From: Alphaproteobacteria bacterium
GTDB lineage: Bacteria > Pseudomonadota > Alphaproteobacteria > RS24
Direction: 5' to 3'
NCBI GenBank assembly: GCA_949498175.1
Contig: CATDDF010000041.1
Span: 1,690-65,689, forward strand
DNA: 64,000 nucleotides
A program made the position numbers and the translations under genes. This document shows positions 8,730 to 19,008 of this stretch, in pieces; the stretch's first letter is position 1; the number at the start of each line of letters is the position of its first letter. The notes below the pieces were generated by a model that saw nothing but the letters and a program-made list of their open reading frames with translations, did not search any database and was not told the origin of the DNA.

Positions 8730-10574
8730 ATGTCCCTCACTGCGGCAGACAATCTTCGCAACATCGCCATTATCGCCCATGTCGACCATGGCAAAACCAC
8801 GCTTATCGATGCGATTTTGAAGCAGACCGGTCTGTTTCGCGACAATCAAGCAGTCGATGAGCGTTTGATGGATAGCGGCGATTTGGAAAAAGAGCGCGGC
8901 ATTACCATTCTCGCCAAGCCGACCTCGGTGATTTGGAACGAGACGCGCATTAATATTATCGACACACCGGGCCATGCCGATTTTGGCGGCGAGGTGGAAC
9001 GCGTTTTGGATATGGCCGATGGCGTGATTTTGCTGACCGATGCGGCGGAAGGGCCGATGCCGCAAACCAAATTCGTGCTCGGCAAAGCGCTGGCGCAGGG
9101 GCTGCGCCCGATTGTTGTCATTAATAAGGTCGACCGCCCCGACGGCCGCCCCGATGAAGTGATTGATGAAGTTTTCGATTTATTTGTCTCGCTCGATGCA
9201 ACGTCCGAGCAATTGGATTTTCCGGTACTTTACGCTTCGGGTCGCGATGGCTGGTGCGCCGCCGAACTGGAAGATGCGCACGAAAATTTGCACCCGCTTT
9301 TGGATTTGGTGCTGGCCCATGTGCCGCCGCCCATGGTCGCGCCCGATAAGCCCTTTGCCATGTTGGCCACGCTATTGGATAGCGACCCTTATATTGGCCG
9401 CTGCCTGACCGGCCGCGTTTTGCAAGGCACGGCGAAGGTCAATGCCTCGGTCAAGGCGATTGATTTGGACGGCACACAAATTGAAACCGGTCGGCTGACC
9501 AAGCTGCTGCGCTTTGAGGGCACCAAGCGCGTGCCGGTCGATGAGGTTGCGGCCGGAGACCTCATTTGCATTGCCGGTCTCACCAAAGCCTCGGTTGCCG
9601 ATACGATTGGCGATCCGGCCATTAATGAGGCGCTGGCCTCGACACCGATTGACCCGCCCACCATGTCTGTGACCATCACCGTCAATGACAGCCCGTTTGC
9701 CGGCACGGAAGGCAAGAAAGTCACCTCGACCGTCATTCGCGAGCGCTTGCTGGCGGAAGTGGAAACCAATGTCGCAATTACTTTTGCCGAGAGCACCAAT
9801 AAGGACGCATTTGAAATCGGCGGGCGCGGTGAATTGCAATTGGGTGTGCTGATTGAAACCATGCGCCGCGAAGGCTTTGAGATGAACGTGTCGCGTCCGA
9901 AAGTGCTCATTCGCACTGAAAACGGGCAGAAAATGGAGCCGGTGGAAGAAGTGACGATTGATGTCGATGAAGAATTTTCCTCCACCGTGGTCGACAGCAT
10001 GAACCGCCGCAAAGCGCATATGATGGATATGCGCACGGCCGGTGCGGGAAAAACCCGCATGGTGTTTCACGCCCCATCGCGCGGCCTTATCGGCTATCAA
10101 AGCCGCTTTCTCACACAAACCCGCGGCACCGGTGTATTGAACCGCGTGTTTCATGATTATGCGCCCTATAGCGGCGATATTGAAGGCCGCCGCAATGGCG
10201 CGCTGATTGCCAGCGAGACCGGCACGGCGGTCGCCTATGCGATTTTCAATCTGCAAGATCGCGGCACCATGTTTATCGACCCGCAAACGCCGGTCTATCA
10301 GGGCATGATTGTCGGCGAGCACAGCCGCGACAATGATTTGGAAATCAATGTGCTGAAGGGCAAAAAGCTGACCAATGTGCGCGCCTCGGGGGCCGATGAA
10401 GCGGTCACATTAACGCCGCCGCGCCGCATGTCTTTGGAAGATATGATGGCCTATGTCGAATTTGACGAATTGCTGGAAGTGACGCCGCAAAGCCTGCGCC
10501 TCAGAAAACGCTATCTTCTGGAACATGAGCGCAAGAAATTCCGCCGCCAAATGGAAGAAGATGGCGGGGTGTAA
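8730..10574 (+). CDS. typA: Translational GTPase TypA/BipA
   Basis: RNIAIIAHVDHGKTT, ERGITILAK, DTPGHADF, GRGELQLG and C-terminal LEINVLKGKKLTNVRASG. Confidence 0.98.
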   Translation: MSLTAADNLRNIAIIAHVDHGKTTLIDAILKQTGLFRDNQAVDERLMDSGDLEKERGITILAKPTSVIWNETRINIIDTPGHADFGGEVERVLDMADGVILLTDAAEGPMPQTKFVLGKALAQGLRPIVVINKVDRPDGRPDEVIDEVFDLFVSLDATSEQLDFPVLYASGRDGWCAAELEDAHENLHPLLDLVLAHVPPPMVAPDKPFAMLATLLDSDPYIGRCLTGRVLQGTAKVNASVKAIDLDGTQIETGRLTKLLRFEGTKRVPVDEVAAGDLICIAGLTKASVADTIGDPAINEALASTPIDPPTMSVTITVNDSPFAGTEGKKVTSTVIRERLLAEVETNVAITFAESTNKDAFEIGGRGELQLGVLIETMRREGFEMNVSRPKVLIRTENGQKMEPVEEVTIDVDEEFSSTVVDSMNRRKAHMMDMRTAGAGKTRMVFHAPSRGLIGYQSRFLTQTRGTGVLNRVFHDYAPYSGDIEGRRNGALIASETGTAVAYAIFNLQDRGTMFIDPQTPVYQGMIVGEHSRDNDLEINVLKGKKLTNVRASGADEAVTLTPPRRMSLEDMMAYVEFDELLEVTPQSLRLRKRYLLEHERKKFRRQMEEDGGV

Positions 10575-10633
10575 GCCAACGCCACGCACAAAATGACATT
10601 CGCATGGCGCACCCCGTTTGCGGAATTCGTAAT

Positions 10634-11467
10634 CTAAATATGCCAGTCAAGACGCTCTCGAATACCCGCCTCGAAATCTTCATAAGTAGGGGCGGCTTTA
10701 TAAGCTGAGGCAAGCATAACCGCATCATCACCCACCAGATTCCGAAACGGCGCCGCCGGATTGATGGCGGCGTTAACGATGGCATCGGCGACGGATTGGG
10801 GATCGGGCGGGGCCTTGCCATCAAGATTTGACAGCGCTTTGCGAAAGGCAATCTGGCGATTTTCTAACTCTGAACCCACCCAGCCGTCAGGACGCACAAT
10901 ATTGCTGCCGAAATTGGTGGTCGCGAACCGTCCGGGCTCAATCAGATGCACCCGAATATTGTCCGGTTTGGCTTCCATATATAGAGCTTCGCTCATGCCC
11001 TCGAGGGCAAATTTCGATGCCGAATAAGCGCCGCCATAGGGGGTTGCCACAATACCGACCGTGCTGCTGACATTGACAATCACCCCGCTTTGGCGCCGTC
11101 GCCAGGCCGGCATGACCGCACGTATGGTGCGCAATGGGCCGATAACATTGGTGTCGAGTTGCTTTTGCATCAGCTCATCATCGACCATTTCAAGGCCGCC
11201 CTGCACCTCAAAGCCGGCATTATTAATCAGCACGTCTATGGTTGCGGCATCAGCCAGCGCTGCTTCAACCGAAGCGGGGTCGCACACGTCTAAGGTGCGC
11301 ATTTCAATCGGCAGCTTTTCGGCCTCGGCAGTGGCGGCCAATGCCGCTCCCTTATCCAAATCCCGCATGGTGGCAATCACATGATGACCTTGACGGGCCA
11401 ATGTCAGGCCGGTCAGTAAACCAAAGCCGGAATTGCTGCCGGTGATGAGTATGCGCAAATGAGTCAT
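10634..11467 (-). CDS. Short-chain dehydrogenase/reductase (17beta-HSD-like subgroup)
   Basis: TGSNSGFG, NNAG and catalytic YSASK. Start set at MTHLRILITG. Confidence 0.9.
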   Translation of the reverse strand: MTHLRILITGSNSGFGLLTGLTLARQGHHVIATMRDLDKGAALAATAEAEKLPIEMRTLDVCDPASVEAALADAATIDVLINNAGFEVQGGLEMVDDELMQKQLDTNVIGPLRTIRAVMPAWRRRQSGVIVNVSSTVGIVATPYGGAYSASKFALEGMSEALYMEAKPDNIRVHLIEPGRFATTNFGSNIVRPDGWVGSELENRQIAFRKALSNLDGKAPPDPQSVADAIVNAAINPAAPFRNLVGDDAVMLASAYKAAPTYEDFEAGIRERLDWHI

Positions 11468-11494
11468 GATTGGTGAAGCCCTTTGTTTTGATGA

Positions 11495-11522
11495 ATTGAC
11501 AAAATAGGTATAAAATGTCAAT
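11495..11522. promoter_or_regulatory. Candidate TetR operator in the divergent SDR/TetR spacer
   Basis: Inverted repeat ATTGACA-N14-TGTCAAT between the two start codons. Confidence 0.5.
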
Positions 11523-12137
11523 ATGTCAAATATGCTCAAAAAGGTCGATCATTCAAAGCGCGGGGACATATTGAACTCGGCATTTTCACAATTCAGCCAA
11601 TATGGGTTTCAAAAAACCTCCATGGCGGATATTGCGCAAGCCTGCGGTATTTCGCGGGCGTCGCTTTATACCTATTTTGATAATAAAGAAGATATTTTCC
11701 GCTGCGCCTGCGTTTCCATCAATGAAAAATTATTGAGCCGCATGGCCTATTGGCTGGTGCATGACACGGCCGACATATGTTCCATGTCGCTTGCTCAAAA
11801 AACGGAAAAAGCGCTGCTGGCGCGCTATGGCCGCCTATTGGAGATTGCTCAATCGCCGCATGGCGGTGAAATCATTGATGAACGCAACCGTTTATGCGGG
11901 GCGCTGGTTCAGGAATCGGTCAAACAGTGCCGGGCGCTGTTGCGCAAGGCGCTAAAGGCGGGCGATAAATCCGGTGAGATAAGTTTGGCGTCGGCCGGGC
12001 TGACGGCGCTGGGCGCAGCAGAAATTTTGCAAATGGCCGCGGCAGGGTTAAAAGTCGATGCTGATAATGCGGACGTTTATTGCAAAAGATTAAGCAATTT
12101 TGTGCGCGTTTTCTTTGCAGGCATCCAGCCAAAATAA
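11523..12137 (+). CDS. TetR/AcrR family transcriptional regulator
   Basis: HTH signature GFQKTSMADIAQACGISRASLYTYFDNKEDIF; divergent from the SDR. Confidence 0.92.
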   Translation: MSNMLKKVDHSKRGDILNSAFSQFSQYGFQKTSMADIAQACGISRASLYTYFDNKEDIFRCACVSINEKLLSRMAYWLVHDTADICSMSLAQKTEKALLARYGRLLEIAQSPHGGEIIDERNRLCGALVQESVKQCRALLRKALKAGDKSGEISLASAGLTALGAAEILQMAAAGLKVDADNADVYCKRLSNFVRVFFAGIQPK

Positions 12138-12183
12138 GGGGTGCTCCAAATTGGTCGAAAATTCGAAAGAACGGCAAGACCCC

Positions 12184-13506
12184 GTGCAGACATATAAATT
12201 ATTTACCGTCGAGCACAGCTATTTCTCCGGAAAAATACGCGCCTATCTGCGTTGGAAGCAGTTTCATGGCGCGCTGGGCGCGGGTTTTGAAGATATTCTC
12301 GCAACACCGGAATTGATTGAAAAATTGCTCATGACGAAATCGGGCGTGCCCTCTTTGCCGCAAATGCAATGCCCCGACGGGACATGGTTGCAAGACAGCA
12401 GCGCGATATTTGACCATATTGAGGCAAGCCATAAACAAGCTTTGGCCGTGCCGTCACCGGGCCATGCGCCGCGCCAATGTCTGGCCAATTATCTGATCGA
12501 ATTATTGGCCGATGAGTGGCTGATTGTGACCGCCTGTCGGGCGCGCTGGCAGCCGTCTCGCGCCGGCGCAGAGCCGTCGCATTTGGCGTTTAATGAACAG
12601 CAATGGGGGGCTTGGCTTGCGCCGGATGAGACAGGTGAAAAACGCCGCCAAGCCGGAGCCGGTTTTTTTGAAGCCAGTTTCGCAATCTCCCAAGCCGATA
12701 GCGACAAACCCAAAGGTCCGTTTGAAGGGTTGGGCCAATTGGGGATGACAGCGGCAACGGAGGCGGCTTGGCTGGCTTCCCTAGAAAATATCATGACCAT
12801 ATTGGAAGCGCATTTTTCCGACCATGATTATTTATTTGGCGGCCAACCGGCGCTCGCCGATTTTGCCCTTATGGGGCCGTTTTATGCGCATTTTTATCGC
12901 GATGCGGCACCGGGGTTTGATTTGCGCACGCGTTTTCCTTTGGTCGCTGAATGGGTGGAGCGCACCCATGGAAATGACAATGTGAATGCGCGCTCCTATG
13001 CTCAAACGCTTTACGGCTTTGACGGCGAAGAGTTGACACCGCGCCCGGCCACCAGTGATGGCGGCGTTTGGTTGGCCGATGATGCGATCCCACTCGGTGT
13101 CGACAAATTGATCGGCGTATTTTTCTCGGAAATGTGGCCGGTATTGAAAACGGCAACGGATTGTTTGACGCAATTTATCAATAGCGATGCGCATCAAATC
13201 GGTGACGAGTTGCCGCGCAAATCATTTACAGCCTCGCCGGGATTTGAAGCTTATCAGACCCATGGCGGCAGTCTGACCCATCAGTTTACATTGGGTGGTG
13301 TATCGGCGCAGCGCATGGTGGTGGCCAATCAAATGTGGATGTTGCAACGTCTCGTGCCAATCCTTGAGGCTTGCAACGGTGATGCGAGATTGCGCGATTG
13401 GCTGAGCGATTTTGACTCCGGTGCCGATTTTTTGCATTTGCCCGACTTGATGGCCGGCTGTCATATTGAAAAACGCGGCGGCAAGATTTATTCAACTGCC
13501 GAGTGA
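12184..13506 (+). CDS. Large GST-like protein (GST N- and C-terminal domains plus extension)
   Basis: SYFSGKIRAYLRWK, cis-Pro region LPQM, DSSAI, ADEW and YLFGGQPALADFAL. Start uncertain (GTG 12184 chosen). Confidence 0.75.
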   Translation: MQTYKLFTVEHSYFSGKIRAYLRWKQFHGALGAGFEDILATPELIEKLLMTKSGVPSLPQMQCPDGTWLQDSSAIFDHIEASHKQALAVPSPGHAPRQCLANYLIELLADEWLIVTACRARWQPSRAGAEPSHLAFNEQQWGAWLAPDETGEKRRQAGAGFFEASFAISQADSDKPKGPFEGLGQLGMTAATEAAWLASLENIMTILEAHFSDHDYLFGGQPALADFALMGPFYAHFYRDAAPGFDLRTRFPLVAEWVERTHGNDNVNARSYAQTLYGFDGEELTPRPATSDGGVWLADDAIPLGVDKLIGVFFSEMWPVLKTATDCLTQFINSDAHQIGDELPRKSFTASPGFEAYQTHGGSLTHQFTLGGVSAQRMVVANQMWMLQRLVPILEACNGDARLRDWLSDFDSGADFLHLPDLMAGCHIEKRGGKIYSTAE

Positions 13507-13522
13507 ATGACCAATTTGTTCA

Positions 13523-14053
13523 ATGGCCCGAGATAGGATGAATTGGATGTCGAAAATGCCATCAGCACAAAAAACGATCAGAATCATCTTGCCCTTATTG
13601 GGCATTTTTCTGGTCGCATCTTTTTTGACGACCAAAACCTTTAGAGCGGACATTACCATTGCCGCGCCGCCCGAAAAGGTGTGGGCCGTGTTGATGGATA
13701 CTGAAAGCTATCCTGACTGGAACCCGACTTTTGTCGCGGTCAGCCCGCCTTATGCGCTGGGTGTCAAAATATCGTCGCGCGTAATGAAACCCGACGGCGC
13801 ATTTATCGATATGCGCCCGACTGTAACGGCGCTGGTGGCCAATCGGGAGCTACGCCAATCGGGCGGCCTGCCGGGCATTTTGACGTATAATCATTCTTGG
13901 TTATTGCGGCCGGTCGATGGCGGCACGCTGGTGCGTCAAATAGATGTCGATCGAGGTGCTTTCCTATGGTTTTGGGATACAAGCTGGATCGAACCGGCTT
14001 ATCAGCGCGCCAATCAAGCGCTGGCGCAGCGGGTTTTGGCTGTGACGGAGTGA
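13523..14053 (+). CDS. SRPBCC/polyketide cyclase-like protein with N-terminal hydrophobic segment
   Basis: IAAPPEKVWAVLMDTESYPDWNP signature. Start uncertain. Confidence 0.75.
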   Translation: MARDRMNWMSKMPSAQKTIRIILPLLGIFLVASFLTTKTFRADITIAAPPEKVWAVLMDTESYPDWNPTFVAVSPPYALGVKISSRVMKPDGAFIDMRPTVTALVANRELRQSGGLPGILTYNHSWLLRPVDGGTLVRQIDVDRGAFLWFWDTSWIEPAYQRANQALAQRVLAVTE

Positions 14054-14131
14054 CAGGCAATTTTGCCGGCACGGCTAATGCTTCACTGGCTGATAGAAAT
14101 GACGCCCGGCACTATGGTCGATTGGTGGAAT

Positions 14132-14971
14132 TTAAATCCTCACTTCTGACGGCGGCAGACCCGCCACGTCAACGCGCAAACAAAACAGGCAAGCTCCGAG
14201 GCTTGCATCAAGCTGATTGTCGGCAGTGGTAATATAGAGCGTTCGCATATCCGCATCGCCAAAACACAGGCTGGTTACTTTTTTGGCCGGTATGGTGATG
14301 TCACGGTCAAGCCTTCCATCGGGCGTAAACCGCATGATGCAAGCGGCACCATAAGCCGCCACCCAAACACCACCGGCCGTATCGACACATAAGCCATCCG
14401 GTGCGCCTCGCGGTAAAGCGGCGAAAACGCGCCGGTCGATGCAGGTGCCATTGTCGGAGATGGTGTGCGCCAAAATATGCCCGCGCAGGCTGTCGCTGTG
14501 ATAAATCACTCTTTCATCCGGCGAAAAGCCAATGCCATTGGTCAAACCGACATCATGATAAATTTGGGTCGCTTCGCCGACACCTTCAATGCGATAAAGT
14601 TCGCCGGGCGTCGGCGGCGAGTCAGGATTAAACGGGTCAAACCGCAAAGTGCCGACATAGGGCCGGCCGCGGCGATCGCAAAAAATATCGTTGAAACGCG
14701 CCCCTTCACCGAGTTCCAATAAAACACGCGATACACCTTGATGGACGTGGCAGATATCGCGCCCCGAGACGACGATACCGCCATCGGCATGTAACATAAT
14801 TCCGCCAACGCCTTTGCGCTTAGGCACAATGTTTCGGGTTTCGCCTTTCAGCGTGTGGTGATAAATGCCGCCGCGCAGCGAGTCGCAAAAATATAATCCA
14901 TCTTTGCCGTCCCACCGTGGCCCTTCCATAAGTGCATATCCGCTGACAAGCGGTTCAAGCTGATGCGCCAC
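14132..14971 (-). CDS. SMP-30/gluconolactonase/LRE family protein
   Basis: EGPRW, RFND, NGIGFSPD, PDGLCVD and TSLCFG. Start set at GTG 14971 by RBS spacing. Confidence 0.9.
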   Translation of the reverse strand: MAHQLEPLVSGYALMEGPRWDGKDGLYFCDSLRGGIYHHTLKGETRNIVPKRKGVGGIMLHADGGIVVSGRDICHVHQGVSRVLLELGEGARFNDIFCDRRGRPYVGTLRFDPFNPDSPPTPGELYRIEGVGEATQIYHDVGLTNGIGFSPDERVIYHSDSLRGHILAHTISDNGTCIDRRVFAALPRGAPDGLCVDTAGGVWVAAYGAACIMRFTPDGRLDRDITIPAKKVTSLCFGDADMRTLYITTADNQLDASLGACLFCLRVDVAGLPPSEVRI

Positions 14972-15267
14972 ACGAAACCTCAATCCTAGCTTTGTTTTGC
15001 GAAAACTCTGCCTTGATAAATAACGTCTTTGCTGCGGCAGAAAAATAGAAAAATTTATGGCTTCCGAGAAATAAAACCCGATATTTGCTGCCGTTGCTCA
15101 AAAAAAATTTGCATCCTGCAAGAAATCATGTAGTTTTTCGAGCCTATAAGGTCTCCCAACTTATGTTTCATCGTCAAAGAACATTATTGATGGTCGACCG
15201 ATTATGACCTGAGGGTCTTCATATGTCGGCGGTCATTCCGACCATCGGCGCATTGATGGGGGAAGTC

Positions 15268-16020
15268 ATGAGAAATATATGTTGGGCGCTGGCTATGGCT
15301 TTGCCGCTTACTTTGCACGTGAGCCATGCGCAAAATCTGAATTCGATTGTCGATGTCGCGCAATCGGCGACGGCTGACGGTGCCGCTTCGCAGTCGCGCA
15401 TCAATAGGCTGGATGATGAAACCGATCAACTGACGCGCGATTATCGCGCTGCGTTGAAGCAATTGGCGGCCTTGCGCGAATATAATGCGCAATTGGAGAA
15501 GCTGATTGACGGGCAGAAAAAAGAAATGGTGTCCATTCGTCGGCAAATCGAGGATGTCACCAATGTTGACCGAACGATTATGCCGCTCATGTTCCGGATG
15601 ATTGATGCGCTCGACCAATTCGTCAAATTGGATGTGCCGTTTTTGGCTGATGAGCGGCGCGCGCGTGTCGCCAATCTGCGCGCTTTGATGGACCGCTCGG
15701 ACGCCAATCCGGCCGAGAAATATCGCAAAATTCTCGAAGCCTATGAAATTGAAAATGAATATGGCCGCACCATTGAAGCCTATGAAGGTGAGATGGAGAT
15801 AAATGGCGAAATCCGCACCGTATCGTTTTTGCGCATTGGTCGGATTGCGCTGGTCTATCAGACGCTGGACGGTGAAGAAAGCGGTGCTTGGGACACGGCG
15901 CAAGGTGAGTTTATTGACCTCGATGGTGATTTTGACAGTGAGTTGCGCAGCGCTTTGCGCATCGCCAAACAACAAGCGGCGCCCGATTTGATGGTCGTGC
16001 CGGTGACGGTCGGACAATAG
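15268..16020 (+). CDS. DUF3450 family periplasmic protein (TtpB-like)
   Basis: Signal peptide, coiled coil, DVPFLADER, EKYRKILEAYEIENEYGR and LRIGRIALVYQT; first gene of the TonB operon. Confidence 0.85.
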   Translation: MRNICWALAMALPLTLHVSHAQNLNSIVDVAQSATADGAASQSRINRLDDETDQLTRDYRAALKQLAALREYNAQLEKLIDGQKKEMVSIRRQIEDVTNVDRTIMPLMFRMIDALDQFVKLDVPFLADERRARVANLRALMDRSDANPAEKYRKILEAYEIENEYGRTIEAYEGEMEINGEIRTVSFLRIGRIALVYQTLDGEESGAWDTAQGEFIDLDGDFDSELRSALRIAKQQAAPDLMVVPVTVGQ

Positions 16021-16026
16021 GGGATC

Positions 16027-17412
16027 ATGATGATGAGAATATTTTCTACTGCCTTTACGGCACTGGCTCTGTTAATTCTGCCCTTGACCGGACAGGCGCT
16101 GTCACAAGACGCCAAGCCTGCGGCCAATGATGCCGTTACTTTGCAGCAATTGCTTGAACAAGTGCGGCAAGGCCGGGTGCGCGACAATAGCGAATTTGCT
16201 GCGCGCGAAGCAGAGTTCCGCAAGAATCGCAATCAGCAAAAGACGCTTCTGACGCGCACGCAAAATGCCATTCAACGCGAAGAGGCACGCTCTGAGCGGC
16301 TTGAAAAAACCTTTGCCGATAATGAGGTGAAGCTGGCCGAATTGGAGGGGCTTTTGAATGAGCGTCTGGGTGTTTACGGTGAATTGTTTGGCATTGTCCG
16401 GCAAGTGGCGGGTGAAACGCGCGGGCAAATTGAAGAGAGCTTCATCTCGGGTGAGATTAAGGGGCGTGCTGAACCATTGGCCAAGCTGGCCAAAACCAAA
16501 GGCCTGCCGGAAATGGAGCAGCTGGAATATCTCTGGTTCGCTTTGCAACAGGAAATGACGGCGCAAGGGGAGGTCAAACGCTTTGCCGGTGAAGTGGTCA
16601 ATCTGGACGGCTCGGTGCGCGAGGCGGAAATTCTGCGCGTCGGTCCGTTCACCGCTTTGGCCGATGGCCAATTCGTGCGCTATGCCGGTGACAATCGCTA
16701 TGCCGATTTGGGTCGCCAGCCGCCGTCGCGCTTTGGTGACGCGGCGGATGACTTGCTTGACGGGGAAAGCGGCGAATTGGTCGCCGCCCCGATTGACCCG
16801 TCGCGCGGGGCGATTTTGAACCTGTTTTTGCAAATGCCGACTTTGGGCGAACGCATCAATCAAGGCGGGCTGGTCGGCTATATCATTATTCTTCTGGGCC
16901 TCTTCGGTGTTGGCCTGGCGCTGGAGCGCATCACCCGTCTGACCTTGACGGCGCGCAGCGTGAAGGCGCAAATGGCGGCCGGTTCGGCCGATGGCGACAC
17001 GCCTTTGGGTCGCGTCTGGGCCGCTTATCACGCCGTGTCGAGTGGGAAGAAATTGGATGTGGAAACGCTGGAATTGAAGTTGGATGACGCGATTTTGAAA
17101 GAAATGCCGGGATTGGAGAAGAACCTTTCTCTGTTGAAGCTGTTGGCCGGTGTGGCGCCGCTTATGGGGCTTTTGGGCACGGTGACGGGTATGATTTTGA
17201 CCTTCCAAGCGATTACCTTGTTTGGCACCGGTGACCCGAAATTGATGGCCGGCGGCATCAGTCAGGCTTTGATGACGACGGTTTTGGGGCTGGTTGTCGC
17301 GATTCCGATTTTGCTGTTGCACGCGATTGCCGCGACCCGCTCGCGCGAAATTGTGCAGATTTTAGAAGAGCAGGCGGCAGGGTTAATTGCGACCCATGCT
17401 GAAGGCAAATAG
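16027..17412 (+). CDS. ttpC: Large MotA/TolQ/ExbB family protein (TtpC-like)
   Basis: Signal peptide, long periplasmic coiled coil, then ExbB core APLMGLLGTVTGMILTF and MAGGISQALMTT. Confidence 0.85.
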   Translation: MMMRIFSTAFTALALLILPLTGQALSQDAKPAANDAVTLQQLLEQVRQGRVRDNSEFAAREAEFRKNRNQQKTLLTRTQNAIQREEARSERLEKTFADNEVKLAELEGLLNERLGVYGELFGIVRQVAGETRGQIEESFISGEIKGRAEPLAKLAKTKGLPEMEQLEYLWFALQQEMTAQGEVKRFAGEVVNLDGSVREAEILRVGPFTALADGQFVRYAGDNRYADLGRQPPSRFGDAADDLLDGESGELVAAPIDPSRGAILNLFLQMPTLGERINQGGLVGYIIILLGLFGVGLALERITRLTLTARSVKAQMAAGSADGDTPLGRVWAAYHAVSSGKKLDVETLELKLDDAILKEMPGLEKNLSLLKLLAGVAPLMGLLGTVTGMILTFQAITLFGTGDPKLMAGGISQALMTTVLGLVVAIPILLLHAIAATRSREIVQILEEQAAGLIATHAEGK

Positions 17413-17424
17413 GAGCGCTGCATC

Positions 17425-17979
17425 GTGACTTTTGGCGACATATTGTTTTTGTTTCTAAATCCTTTCGAGGCAATCCGCGGGGTCCGCGATTTCCTCGAAT
17501 TGGGCGGCAATGTGTTGCTTCTCATTATGCTGGCGACTTTAGTGCTCTGGGCTTTGATTTATGAGCGTTACAGTTTTTTCCGCACTGAGTTCAAAACCAT
17601 GAGCGCGGCGCATATTAAGGACTGGCAGGCGCGGCGAGAGCATCAAAGCTGGATGGCCCATCGCATTCGCGAAATGATGATTTCCGATGCGCGGCTAAAG
17701 GCGCGCGCCAATCTGGCCTATATAAAAGTGCTGGTGGCTTTGGCCCCGTTTTTGGGTCTTTTGGGCACGGTGACAGGCATGGTGGAAGTTTTTGACGTAA
17801 TGGCGGTGACCGGCTCGGGCAATGCGCGCGCCATGGCGGCGGGCATCTCAAAAGCCACATTGCCGACCATGGCCGGCATGGTGGTCGCCTTGTCGGGCTT
17901 GTTTTTTACGGCCGGTCTTGAACGCAAGGCCGACCGCTCGGTCGAGCATTTTGCCGACCAATTGGAATTGGCAGATTAG
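17425..17979 (+). CDS. exbB: ExbB proton channel subunit
   Basis: APFLGLLGTVTGM and GISKATLPT. Confidence 0.9.
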   Translation: MTFGDILFLFLNPFEAIRGVRDFLELGGNVLLLIMLATLVLWALIYERYSFFRTEFKTMSAAHIKDWQARREHQSWMAHRIREMMISDARLKARANLAYIKVLVALAPFLGLLGTVTGMVEVFDVMAVTGSGNARAMAAGISKATLPTMAGMVVALSGLFFTAGLERKADRSVEHFADQLELAD

Positions 17980-17988
17980 AGGGAACCC

Positions 17989-18390
17989 ATGCGCAAACGA
18001 CATGCACGACAGGAAGAAGACAGCGCCATTGATATGACGCCCATGCTGGATATTGTCTTTATCATGCTGATTTTCTTCATCGTCACCGCGACTTTCGTGA
18101 AAGAAAGTGGCCTTGATGTGACACGACCCGATGCCGAAACGGCGGTCAAACAAAGCCGCGTCGGCATATTGATTGCCATTGGCGAAAACAATGAGATTTA
18201 CATTAATCGCCGCGAGGTCGATTTGGCCGCGGTGCGTGCCAATGTTGAGCGCCTGCACGCGGAAAACCCGCAAGGCGGTGCAGTGATACAGGCTGACAAA
18301 AAAGCCGAGACCGGCGTGTTGGTGGAAATTATGGACCAAGTGCGCCTTGCCGGTGTCGGAGCTATTTCCATTGCGGCGGAAGAAAAATGA
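17989..18390 (+). CDS. exbD: ExbD
   Basis: IDMTPMLDIVFIMLIFFIV transmembrane motif with the essential Asp. Confidence 0.95.
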   Translation: MRKRHARQEEDSAIDMTPMLDIVFIMLIFFIVTATFVKESGLDVTRPDAETAVKQSRVGILIAIGENNEIYINRREVDLAAVRANVERLHAENPQGGAVIQADKKAETGVLVEIMDQVRLAGVGAISIAAEEK

Positions 18391-18998
18391 CACAAGCTTG
18401 GTCGCCGCGTCTGCTCATTGCATCGGCGCTTGCCGTGGTGACGACGATTGTCTTGTTTTTGACCATGAAGGTATTGGTGACCGGCCGCGATTATGAAATC
18501 GAGCAGGAATTGGCGACCATCGGTATTGATTTTGTCCGTGTCGAGCGCGATGAAGAGGTCAACACAAAAGACCGCGCCATGAAGCGGCCGAGCCAGCAAA
18601 AACCGGAGGAGCCGCCGCCACCACCAAAGCTGCAACAAACGCAGCGCCCCAATGTGGATAAGGCGAGCATGAGCGCCGATTTCGGTTTCGGATTGAACGG
18701 CATGAATTTGAACGCACCGGTAGATGGCGATGCGCTGGCCATTGTGCGTGTGCTGCCACGTTATCCCAACCGCGCGCTCAGTCGTGGTATTGAAGGCTGG
18801 GTATTGTTGGAATTTGCCATTAATGAATTGGGTCAAGCGATTGAGCCGATTGTGGTGGATGCCGACCCGGCCGGCGTTTTTGATCGCGCCGCCATTAATG
18901 CGGTCAAAAAATGGAAATACCGCCCGATGATGGAAGACGGCAAACCGGCCATACGCCCGGGCGTGCGCCAGCTCATCAGCTTCAATATTGCCGATTAG
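18387..18998 (+). CDS. tonB: Energy transducer TonB
   Basis: N-terminal TM, Pro-rich linker and C-terminal PRYPNRALSRGIEGWV...KWKYRP domain. Confidence 0.93.
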   Translation: MTQAWSPRLLIASALAVVTTIVLFLTMKVLVTGRDYEIEQELATIGIDFVRVERDEEVNTKDRAMKRPSQQKPEEPPPPPKLQQTQRPNVDKASMSADFGFGLNGMNLNAPVDGDALAIVRVLPRYPNRALSRGIEGWVLLEFAINELGQAIEPIVVDADPAGVFDRAAINAVKKWKYRPMMEDGKPAIRPGVRQLISFNIAD

Positions 18999-19008
18999 GA
19001 GACGCAAG

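Noticed and set aside
12100-12183. Overlap of the GST-like ORF with the TetR gene; likewise long upstream extensions of ORFs at 4281, 40132, 54122 and 55080
   Set aside because: Artefacts of longest-ORF start calling; downstream starts with better RBS context remove or reduce the overlaps.
14984-15267. Riboswitch (TPP or cobalamin) upstream of the TonB operon
   Set aside because: A CTGAG is present but the other conserved TPP or B12-box elements are not; it looks like an AT-rich promoter region only.
16102-17322. 406-aa antisense ORF over ttpC, and similar long shadow ORFs (9372-10322, 18198-19274, 23847-24386, 49360-50289)
   Set aside because: They lie opposite well-supported genes, have no recognisable motifs and are expected from codon bias in moderately GC-rich DNA.
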